A stretch of 64,000 nt of DNA from Takakia lepidozioides (Eukaryota > Plantae > Bryophyta), in assembly GCA_030704615.1 (NCBI GenBank), contig CM060734.1, positions 54,560,001 through 54,624,000 of the forward strand, read 5' to 3'. Positions 48,470 through 59,600 of this stretch are shown in pieces. The translations under genes and the position numbers were made by a program. Each line of letters opens with the position of its first letter. Within the stretch, counting starts at the first letter, position 1. The notes below the pieces were generated by a model. That model searched no databases, had not been told where the DNA came from, and saw only the letters and a program-made list of their open reading frames with translations.

Positions 48470-51400
48470 ATGACCAACGTTCATCACTGCCTTTGCTTCG
48501 CCCACCTGTCCACACCAAGCAAGTCCTCATTACATTGTGACAGCGTTGGTTTAGAGTGTCTTTCACATGTTACTCGCAATGGGGCAGCAAGCAAGCATCC
48601 GAAGACCAACAACAGGGATGACGAAAGGCTTTGGAAAGAATACTTTTTGAACCCCAGTCAATGGTGGGACAATCGAGGCAGCCAGGTGAATGTCTGTTAT
48701 TTTACAGAAGAAGCAGAGAAAACATGCATTGAAAAGCTTTCTTGCAAGTTGTTCCCCCAATACATTTTGAAAATCCTATCAGCAATTCAGTATAGGAACT
48801 AGTGTGGTAAGTAGGGTTGGGCCGTTTGCTAGGTATTTTTAGATTGTCATTGTGAGCTGCTAGCAGCAAGGGCGAGGATCTCTGCATTGTTGTTGCCGAG
48901 GCAGGGATGGCTCAAGGAGGCAGGGATGGATTGGGTGTCCAGATTCATCCAAGAGGGCCAGATTTCAAGCACAAGAGTACCAACGAGGCACTGTGGATTG
49001 ATAGCCACAAGAAACCTGCATGGGTAGATGGTCAATTGGAAGCAGCTGCGGCAGCACAGCTGATAAAATCAGACACCTCCACCATGACCAGTGATTTGGA
49101 CAGAGGACCAAGAGAGAGAGTCCACAAGATCACGTTAGGCGCTTCTGAGCATTTGAGAACACTATGTGAGGCAGGAAAACTGAAGGAGGCTCTGCAAATT
49201 TTGGACCGAGGAGGCATTTTAGCAGATTCACGTACTTACGTCTGTCTCTTGCATAAGTGCATCAAGTTGAAAGGCCTGGCAGCAGGAAAGCAGGTGCATG
49301 CTCACATTGTCAAAAGTGGATTCAAGCCAAGTGTATTTCTGCACAACACCCTTGTTGACATGTATGTCAAATGCGGGAGCATCGCAGATGCACACCAAGT
49401 GTTCAACAACATGCCTGAACGAGGTTTAATCACATGGAATATAATGATGTCAGGGTTTACCAAGCATGGATGTGGTAAGAATGCCGTGGAGATATATGAG
49501 CAAATGATGCGGGAAGGGGTGAAACCCAATCAGGTCACGTTTGTTTGTGTTTGCAAGGCGTGTGCGACCCTGGCAGCCCTGGAAAAGGGCAAAGAGGTTC
49601 ATGCTGAAATCATGAAAACTGGAATTGTGCCAGATGTCATTCTTAGTAATACCCTGTTGGACATGTATGCGAAATGTGGGAACCTCAAGGATGCGAAGGT
49701 AGTGTTTGACAATATGCTGGAACGTGATGTGGTGTCCTGGAGTGCGATGATCACAGGATATGCCCAGCATGGATATGGTAGGAATGCCATGGAGACCTAT
49801 GAGCAAATGGTGCGGGAAGGGGTGAAGCCCAACCGGGTCACATTTGTTTGCATTTGCAATGCGTGTGCGGGCCTGGCATCCCTGGAAAAGGGCAAAGAGG
49901 TCCATGCTGACATTGCGAAAGCTGGGATTGTGCCAGACATTATTCTGAACAATACCCTGGTGGACATGTATGCCAAATGTGGTAGCATTGAGGATGCAAA
50001 GAAAGTGTTCAAAAATATGGCTGAACGGGATGTTGTGTCCTGGAATGCGATGATCGCAGGATATGCCCAGCATGGGTGTGATAAGAATGCCTTGGAGACC
50101 TATGAGCAAATGACGTGGGACGGAGTGAAGCCAAACCGGGCCACGTTTGTCTGTGTTTGCAATGCGTGTGCGGGCCTGGGAGCCCTGGAAAAGGGCAAAG
50201 AGGTCCATACTGACATTGTGAAAACTGGAATTCTAGTAGATGTGATTCTGAATAATATCCTGGTGGACATGTATGCCAAATGCGGGAGCCTCAAGGATGC
50301 AAAGATAGTGTTCGATCGTATGCCTGAGCGAGATGTGGTGTCCTGGAGTGCAATGATCGCAGGATATGCCCAGCAAGGGTATGGTAGAAGTGCGTTGGAG
50401 ACCTATGAGCAAATGACCCGGGAAGGGGTGAAGCCAAACCAGGTCACGTACAATTGCATTTGCAATGCATGTGCAGGCCTGGCATCCCTGGAAAAGGGCA
50501 AAGAGGTCCATACTGACATCAGGAAAGCTGGAATTGTACCAGATGTGATGCTGAACAATACCCTGGTGGACATGTATTCCAAATGCGGGAGCATGGAGGA
50601 TGCAAAGGAAGTGTTTGACAATATGGCTGAACGAGATGTTGTGTCCTGGAGTGCAATGATTGCAGGATATGCCCAACATGGGCATGACAGGAATGCCTTG
50701 GAGACCTATGAGCAAATGATGCGGGAAGGAGTGAAGCCCAACCGGGCGTCGTTTGTCTGCCTTTGCCATGCATGTGCGGGCCTGGCATCCCTGGAAAGGG
50801 GCAAAGCAGTCCATGCTGACATCATGAAAGCTGGAATAGTACCAGATGTGATTCTGAACAATACCCTGGTGGACATGTATGCCAAATGCGGGAGCCTCAA
50901 GGATGCAAAGGTAGTGTTTGACAATATGCCTGAACGAGATGTGGTGTCCTGGAGTGTGATGATCACAGGATATACCCAGCATGGCTATGCTAGCAATGCC
51001 TTGGAGACCTATGAGCAAATGATACGGGAAGGGGTGAAGCCCAACCGGGTCACGTTTGTTGGCATTTGCAATGCATGTGCAGGCCTGGCATCCCTGGAAA
51101 AGGGCAAGGAGGTCCATACTGACTTCATGAAAGCTGGAATAGTACCAGATGTGATTCTGAACAATACCCTGGTGGACATGTATGCTAAATGCGGGAGCAT
51201 GGAGGATGCAAAGGAAGTGTTTGACAACATGGCTGAACGAGATGTTGTGTCCTGGAGTGCAATGATCACCGGATATGCCCAGGGTGGTCATGGTAGGAAC
51301 GCGTGGGAGACCTATGAGCAAATGACGCAAGCAGGGGTCAAGTCCAACCGGGTCACGTTTGTTTGCATCTGCAATGCCTGTGCGGGCCTGGCATCCTTGG

Positions 51401-52773
51401 AAAAGGGCAAAGAGGTCCATACTGACATCATGAAAGCTGGAATAATACCAGATGTGATTCTGAACAATACCCTGGTGGACATGTATGCAAAATGTGGGAG
51501 CATGGTGGATGCAAAGGAGGTGTTTGACAATATGGTTGAACGAGATGTGGTGTCCTGGAATGCAATGATTGCAGGATATGCCCAGCATGGGTGTGGTAGG
51601 AATGCCTTGGAGACCTATGACAAAATGACGCTGGAAGGGGTGAAGCCCAACATGGTCACGTTCGTTTGCACTTGCAATGCATGTGCAGGCCTGGCAGCCT
51701 TGGAAAAGGGCAAAGAGGTCCATACTGACATCATGAAAGCTGGAATTGTACCAGATGTCATTTTGAACAATACCCTTGTGGACATGTATGCCAAATGTGG
51801 GAGTATGGAGGATGCAAAGAAGGTGTTTGGGAACATGGCTCAACGAGATGTGGTGTCCTGGAGTGCAATGATTGCAGGATATGCCCAGCATGGTCGTCCT
51901 ATGGAGGCCCTGCAACTATTTCAAGGAATGCAAAAGGAAGGCTTGAAGCCGGACAATATCACCTTTATGTGTGTTCTCTCTGTATGTAGCCATGTCGGAT
52001 TAGTGGATGAGGGCAAACATTACTTTGAATCCCTTAGTCAAGATCATGGCCTCACTCCTACAGTGGAGCACTTTGGCTGCATGGTGGACCTCCTTGGCCG
52101 TGCAGGGCGATTGGATGAGGCAGAGGACTTCATCAACAGATGTCCAATCAAATCGGATGTGGTGGTGTGGAAAGCCTTGCTTGGTGCATGCAAAATCCAT
52201 GGCAATGTGGAGGTGGCAGAACGTGCCGCAAAGTCTATTCTCAAATGGGATCAACAGGACGCTGCAACTTATGTGTTGCTATCAAACATCTATAGCGCAG
52301 CTGGAAAGTGGGACGATGCTGCCAAGGTGAGGAAAATGATGAAGGTCAGAGGTGTCAGAAAGCAGGCAGGTCGTTGCTTCATTGAGGTTGGCAACAGGGT
52401 CCACACCTTTACCGTTGATGACAAAGTACATCCAAAAATTGAGGAGATCCATTCCGAGCTGAGAAGGTTGTCTGGGCAGATGAAGGAGGCAGGGTATGTA
52501 CCTGACACTCGCTTTGTATTGCATGATGTGGAAGAGAAGCAAAAGGAATTCTCTCTTTGCTACCACAGTGAGAGGCTGGCCATCGCTTTTGGGCTGATCA
52601 GCACCCCCCTTGGGACGCCTCTCCGTGTCATCAAGAACCTTCGGGTGTGTGGGGATTGTCACACCGCCACCAAGTTCATCTCAAAGATTGTTGGTCGAGC
52701 AATTGTTGTACGGGACGCAAACCGCTTTCATCACTTTGAAGATGGTGTTTGTTCTTGTGGAGAGTACTGGTGA
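48470..52773 (+). CDS. PLS-class PPR protein with E1-E2-DYW deaminase (organellar C-to-U RNA editing factor type) and N-terminal OSB-like PDF motif; exons 48470(start uncertain)-48685 and 48943-52773
   Basis: About 30 PPR motifs (P-like, L, S + 8xPLS + P2L2S2), E domains, HSERLAIAFG, CGDCH and terminal CSCGEYW. A phase-0 GT-AG intron at 48686-48942 joins LWKEYFLNPSQWWDNRGSQ to IHPRGPDFKHKSTNEALWIDSHKKPAWV. Confidence 0.93.
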
Positions 52774-53215
52774 ACCAATGTTTTTGTTGTAAGGTGTATG
52801 TGTGTTCCTTCATTCATCAAAATTATGCAGCTGACCATTCTCTGGGAATATTGGCTTTGACGGACTGTTGAGCGCCTTCCCCCAGCGGCTAGCCGGATCA
52901 CAGGTTCGAGAACACTCGCACATCTGCACTGTCACCGTTACATTTTTCCATTTCAGCTCGGTGAAAGTACTAGTTAGTTGTGTGGAACATCATGTCATAT
53001 CGAAGGAAGGACAAATATGGGGGGCTTTGCTCTTGGAAGCTTTGCAGTTGTATCATACAGATCTTAGTGAGTGATTCGGCCCCTATTGATGCCCTGGAGC
53101 CAAAAGGATAACCGGTGAGCTGGGATTGAGCCAGTAACCGAACTCAGACAGTGAAGATACTGAATGCAGTACCAAGTAGAGTGGAACTGAAGTTAGTGCT
53201 TGCTTACTTTTGCAG

Positions 53216-53487
53216 ATGACTCAGCTATTTTCTGGGGTATCAAGTACTACAACGACATGCTCATGCAAATGGAAATGTCCAATCAGAAACTTTATTTAGG
53301 AAGGATCCATCTTTCCAGTTGGGCCATGGATGGGACCTTTCCTCATCGTGTGTACTTCAATGGAGACGACTGTCTTCTTCCTGAACCTCGAGATTATCGC
53401 TCCCTACCAAGCAGTGGCCTAGATTTGAGAGTGGCAACGGCTGTGGTATTTGCGGTCATTGCTGCAACTGTAACAGCCCTTTTGTAG
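53216..53487 (+). pseudogene. Orphan last exon of a COBRA/COBL-like GPI-anchored protein gene with two compensating frameshifts
   Basis: After acceptor ttttgcag it reads DSAIFWGIKYYNDMLMQ / NGNVQSETLFRKDPSF..GW / TFPHRVYFNGDDCLLPEP..LPSSG plus a hydrophobic tail. This matches the COBRA C-terminus (DTAMLWGVKFYND...GNVQSEILFRKD...GWAFPRRIYFNGDNC). Confidence 0.82.
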
Positions 53488-53960
53488 GCATACAATACAT
53501 TGTTTTCAAAGACCTGAACCTGAGAGACATTGGCCCCACGGTGCTTTCTGCTTGGAGAGACAGGAAAAGAAAGGGAACAGAAGAAGAGACTAGTCGAGGG
53601 AAGTCCAAAATACTAGAGAGCTCCTGGAGAAGCTAGGGAAGTTTTTACAGTAGAATCCCTAACTTTCTATGCAGCATGAAGTGGATCGTGATGATGAGCA
53701 AATATTGCTTCTGGGGTTGGTCTGCCTGTTGGAGTGTCTATTCTTGGCCATGTATCTGATTTCACTCATCATGCCTGGGTATTACACAAAGCAATCCTGA
53801 ATCCAATCATTTCTTCCCCCAATATCAGCCTTTGAAGTACAATTGTTCACAAATGCCACCTTTTGCAATATAATTTTATCTGAGCAAGGTCAATCTAGGG
53901 TGGGTGTAAACTGCGTGTATGGGTGTAAAACAGAAACTGGAATCTACTCCAGCTTGCAAA

Positions 53961-54330
53961 GATTGTACTCATAAGACGTCGTTTGCTGTAGCCTTGTGGC
54001 CATTGACCCCGCGCCCAGTTCAAGCGGAAACAAAAGGGACAGAACCTACCTCTGTCAGGGGCTGACGTTGGTAGTAAGACTTACCTTCATATATAGAATT
54101 AATCCGGTTTTCCAGATATCCTCTAGAAATCCCTTCACACAAGCATCAATCTGCTCTGTGTGATTTGCCCAATAACTAGGCCTCAGGAGGGCCTGGGCTT
54201 TTGGCTCAGCCTCGAGACTTTCAAAGTTGGTAAACAGAGGTACGGGCACAATTCCCTTGATAGATTTGAAGAGAGCATCTTGCAAAGAATTAGATATGTT
54301 GGGAGTGTCAATCACCACACTGATCTGCAG
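53961..54330 (-). mobile_element. 5'-truncated 3' end of the RTE-like LINE
   Basis: Near-identical to 42650-42965 and 16880-17055. Confidence 0.9.
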
Positions 54331-56642
54331 CTTGTCGTGCCTCTAATATCCCAACACCATGAAGGCAAGACTTTAACTTCAGCTTTATCATTTCACTTCA
54401 TTTGTCGACTACCGATTAGATTGGTTGATCTGTAAAAAATACTGTCAAATACATCTTTGATACAAAAAGGCCTCTCATTTTACAATAATTGGGACGTTAT
54501 GGCGCACGCACGAGCTGACCGGTGGGCCCCGCGCACGGACCCGGCTCCCCCCACCGGGACCCCCCCCTTGCTGCTGCGCGCGGTCGCCCACCTGCTGCCG
54601 CGGCCCCACCACCCGCGCCCGCGCTCTGCCGCGCCCCCAGTCCGGCGCGGCCAGTCCGCCCGCCAGTCCGCTGCCCGTGAGTCCAGTTCCCCTCAATCCG
54701 CCAAACCGCCAGTCTATCGGCCAGTATGCTGTGCACGCCAGTCCGTTGTGCCAGTCCCCGCAAGTCCACCCAACAGTCTGTTGTGCCCGTCTGCTGCCCC
54801 CCAGTCTGCCAGTCCGCGCCGGCCGAAGGATCTGGATCGTCCATTCAGAGAAACCCATCCGCGCCATCCATGTTTAGGGCATGGAAGATCGTAACACCTT
54901 GCCACGAAATCGCCCACTCGTTCTTGTTGTCTCGTTCTTGCGGCTCTTTGTTGTCCAATGTTGCGGAGGTGACTTTGCACGCATGCGGCTGTTGTTCTTG
55001 TTTATGGCGATTTTAATGACGATGAAGGGTGTGCCTGAACATGAGAGGGCTGGCGGGGCTCTACAGCCACCATCGTGCATATGCTTCCACTATTTTCGCC
55101 TTCGTTTTGTGCTGACGTGCTTATTTTTTAGGACGATATGTGGAAAAATTGCATGCGTTTACGGTTTGTGGTGTGTCTCCGAGTCTGAGCTCATTCGTAT
55201 GGAGCAGGAAACCATTGGTAACACGATAGCGGAAATCGCGGAAGCATATGCACGTGGGGGCGTGTATACATTGCAGAATTTATGTCCACCGATGAGACTG
55301 TTCAGGGGAGGACGTCTCTGCCACCACATGTCTGGGAACTGCGGAGAGTGTGAACGGAACAGGATCCAGTCCAAAGGTCCTCAAACATCCAGATGCACCT
55401 CCTGAAACATCACATCTCAACCACTACCGTCTCCTTGAAAACTGGACAATGGGAAAGGAGACGTAGCCTGAGAGATGTGGATTCACGTTGCTTGTGGATG
55501 TTCGAGGTCCTTACGACTGCAAATGTGTGTGGATCAACAGGCTCTTCGACTGCGTCTTTGTCAGTACTTTCTCTAAGCAGTGTGTTGTGCCATGAATATG
55601 GGCATATGCAAGTCTGCTGAGCCGTCGGACTGTTGGTCTGTCCGTCTCTTCTGATATCAGTTAGCTGGACTGTCACAAAGTCAGTCTACTGTGGCGCAAG
55701 TCTGTTTGCGCTGGGTCTGTTGAGCCGTGATTATTATCACGTGTAAGTCTACTGGACGCGGTTTACGGTTTACTCCCGTATCACCCGACATCCTAGGGGA
55801 TACTTTGTCTTTTGGGATATTAGTCTGTTGTCGCGCAAATCACTCTGCGCCAGTCTCTTCGTCAATCTGTTGAACCTTTCGTCTGCTGGGCTGTCCGTGC
55901 AGTGTCATACGAGTCTGTTGTTGCGCAAGTTTGTTTGCAGTGGGTCTGTTCGGCCGTTATGTCATTAGGTTTAAGTCTGTTGGACGCAATAAATGCAGCG
56001 ACGGCGGTAAGGAGGCCCAGTCACGTCGCGGCATGTCATCAGACTCCGCACCAGACTCCGCACTTGTCTTAGTCTCTTCGTCAGTCCGCTTAACCTCAGT
56101 CGTCAGTCTGTCCTTGCAGTGGCATATGAGTCTGTTGTGGAGGGTACTGGGTCTGCTCGGCCGTCTTTGTCATCAGGAGTAAGTCTGTTGGACTTGATGA
56201 ATGCGACGACGGCAGACTGACGATAGTCCCACTCATCCCGTCTGCTGGACTGTCCGTGCAGTGGCATACCGCCAGCACGTGTGAGGGGTCTGCAACTATT
56301 TAATGCGATGGCGGCCAAAAAGGGGCGCCAGTGAAATCTCGCCACGTCACTCCGCACATGCAGGGTCCACTTCCCGCTGGACTTCTTTCGCACTGTTAGG
56401 GCCCGTCCACCTCCCATTGGTGCGAGCCCGCTTTCCTTTGTGCGTGTTAGGTTTTTGAGGCGCGGACAGTTGCGTGAGCACCGAACCGTGGCAACAACCG
56501 TCGCCTGTTGCCCGGTGAGCTTTCCTCTTTTGTGCTTTGTGCTTTGGTTTCTTTCCATTCTCTTTTCCGCTCTTCTCTGTTTTCTTATTCTTAGTTTGTC
56601 TGTCGCTCATTGCCGCTGCATCTCTTGTTTGATTCTGCAGCC

Positions 56643-59600
56643 ATGGAGGATGCTTGTGCAAAGGGTGGAGCAGACTGGTTGCATTTCATGCACAAGTCCA
56701 GGCTAAAGGAGCAAAGGTACTGGTACTCACTTGAGGAGTATGATGCGAAAATAGTCGAAGCATTCTTAGACCTTCGCGCAATCAAGCCTGCAGACTCCAA
56801 CTGGTAGAAAGATAAGCTCCACTGTCCCTTCTGTAGTGAAATTATCAAGGACAAAGTGCAGCTAAACCACCATTGTGTTGACACGGGTTGCAAAAACAAG
56901 CGCTATATCCCACCTGGCTTCAAGCCGTGGCCAGTTCAAAGTTCAATGAGGGTGGTGAATGCGGCCATCGCCAGACTCCGTGGCGCAAACCCAAAGGCCC
57001 GCACTTTGGCGGAGGTGCACGCACGGTATGGGGTGGATTCGGATGTTTCAATGCAAGATGTGCATGACCTGACATCGCCATCGCCTGTGGCTCCCAGAAA
57101 AAGGAAACTTAGTGATGGGGCCCAGAAGAAGAAAAGAGAAAAGGCTGCAAGGTCTGCTCGGGAGGCGCGGGTGAAATCTCAACAGCAGACTCGTCCCCAA
57201 GGCAGTCGGGAAGTGTCACGGGCTGTGCCAGGGAGACGGTCTACGCAGCAGACGCAGACCATCAGTACTTTGAGTGAGAGCCAGTCTGCTGAGCCGTCTG
57301 CAGACATCATTCGGAATGATGGATTTGCAGGTCTGGAAGGTGTCTCATCTTCCATCGACATTGTCTTGCCTGACCAGTCGAGGGTTCACGTGGACGAAGT
57401 CCAGTTGAAAGAGACTACCAGTGGAGTCTGTCCTGGTACATTGCGCCTCATACCATTTGGGTTTCTCCCATCGGTGTGCCCACTAGTGGATGATCCAGAC
57501 TTCTTCCGTTTTTTCTACAGTTTCGCCCAGTCCGGACAGCTCAGCAGAACCATCCGAGCAGTGGAGGAAAATTGGTTGAGCTCCCTTGAACATGAAGAGG
57601 ACGTCTATGTCAATGATGACAACGAGGTAATGCCCAGTCTGTCCCCACAGTTGGTGTCTGTTGTCATAGAGTCTACTGGTTCAGTCTACCTGCTCGGTCT
57701 ACTGCGTTAGTCTGCTTGTGGACTTGCTGGTCAGTCCCCTGCTTGTGGATTTGCTTGTCAGTCCCTGGAGTCCGCTGGTTCCTTTGTTCTGTGCCACGAT
57801 GCTAGTGAGTCTGCTCGTGAGTCTGTTGCTAGTGAGTCCGATGCTGAGTTTTTGGGTTTTCTATCATATACCAGGATGAACGAGCCAGTATTCCGGAGGC
57901 CTTGTGTGCTTGGCGGACGGTGAGCTCCGACCCTCCTTTAGCAGTGAATGCGGTGCACCGGGAAGTAGAGCGGGTGTGGGAGTACATATTGTTTAAGTAC
58001 CCTGGCTCAGCAGACGCCATAGCAACACTGGACTCTGTAGACAAAGCACGCGCCAACTCCCCGGTCAACACCATACTCACTGCAGACTCGGTGGACACAG
58101 ACCTCACCCAATCTGGCATCCAGCAGACTCTTGCCCAGCAGACTCTTTCCCACCAGACTCACAGTCAGCGCAATCTTGTCCAGCACACTCCCATATACCA
58201 GACTCTCATCCAGCATACTCCCATCCAACAGATTGCTTTGCAGACTCCCAGCCTGCAGACTGCTATTTAGTAGACTCCCAACCAGCAGACTGCCACCCAG
58301 AAGACGTCCATCCACCACATTGCTGTCCAGTGGACTCCCAGTCTCTCATTGTCACGACCACCATGGGACTTTTTGGAGTCTAGCGCTCGCCATTGCCGCT
58401 CATTGATCCCGAAGCTGTGGACCTGACACTTGCCCGTCTGAGGGTGGGGGAAGTCAATGCCAATGTGGATTGGTATAATGAGCTCCATCGCATTGTCACG
58501 GACGGCCAGTGGCCTTTTGTTCCCTTTCATTATTCCATGGAATTTACTATGGCAGAAGCGAGTGAAGTCCTCGAAAGCGCACATTCTGTGGCCCTGGCAG
58601 CCACGAAGGTCCAAAATGCCCCGCCACTGCTTGTCAAATTAATCCTCATGGATGACCCACGGCCTCAAGAACTCAGACATATGCCCATGGCACATCCCAC
58701 CTTTGGGGTGCGGGGAAAGCACATGCTTGGAATTACTGAAGAGTACTTTGATCGCATTGTTAATTCTTTCCTTCACCATCGATGGATGCAATTCGGCAAT
58801 TTCCGTTCATACAGTAAATTGGTAAAGGACCTGCAAAGTTTGAGGAAGTATTTGTTTCATTCAGATTCGGATGCGGCTAAGAAGAGTGTTGTAGATGAGG
58901 CGTTGCAATGGTTTGCTGCGGTAATGGAGCGAGCAGTGTTCGATATTGTGTTGAATAGACCGGATGTGTTCAAAGTCCTTTGGTGCGGCTCCCCATTTGA
59001 AAACCGCATGCCAGCGATTCGCCATCTCGATGGAACATGCTTGGGACGCCAAATCCAAGATATTGGTCTCATTGGCAACCTCCTAGAAGGTAATGCCGAC
59101 TTCTTCTGGACCGTTGTGAAGTTCATGGTCTTTTCTTCCACCATCCTGTCAGACTCACTTTGTCCAACTCATCTGTTTCAGGAATGTCCAATTTAGACGA
59201 GCACGTGCAGTGTGCTTTCGATTCCCTTGCCAGAGGTGCACGAGATGTTGTGCTGGCGTTACAGGGACTCCATGACATCGTTCAGCAGACTGGTGACGAC
59301 GCCATTGCTCAGCAGACTGACCCACTGCAACAAAAAGAGCATGGACAGACTGTCAAGACTATCCCAGCCACTGTTCAGGAGAGTGGGCGCACTACAGGCC
59401 ACACCGAGGACGAGGAGACTCATGAGCAGACCGGCAAGCAGACAGAAGGACTGCCTCTGCACTAGACCGTGCAGTATACCGATGACGTCGCTGTCAAGCA
59501 GACCGTCCAGCATACCAATGAGCAGACCGGGCTGCACACAGATGACATGGCTGTGCACCAGCAGACTATGCAGCATACCATTGAGTAGACTGTCCAACAG

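Noticed and set aside
48907-48942. ATG 48907 as the PPR start
   Set aside because: It would truncate the PDF motif; a clean phase-0 intron links the upstream WWDNR exon instead.
50233-51915. 560-aa antisense ORF (and 49450-50208)
   Set aside because: Shadow of the repetitive PPR coding strand; no independent domain signal.
52360-52773. U-to-C (DYW:KP-type) editor
   Set aside because: The domain keeps HSE, CGDCH and a full DYW-like end (EYW), consistent with the C-to-U type.
54457-55016. Overlapping Pro/Arg/Gly-rich ORFs
   Set aside because: Artefacts of the GC-rich terminal region of the MULE-like element.
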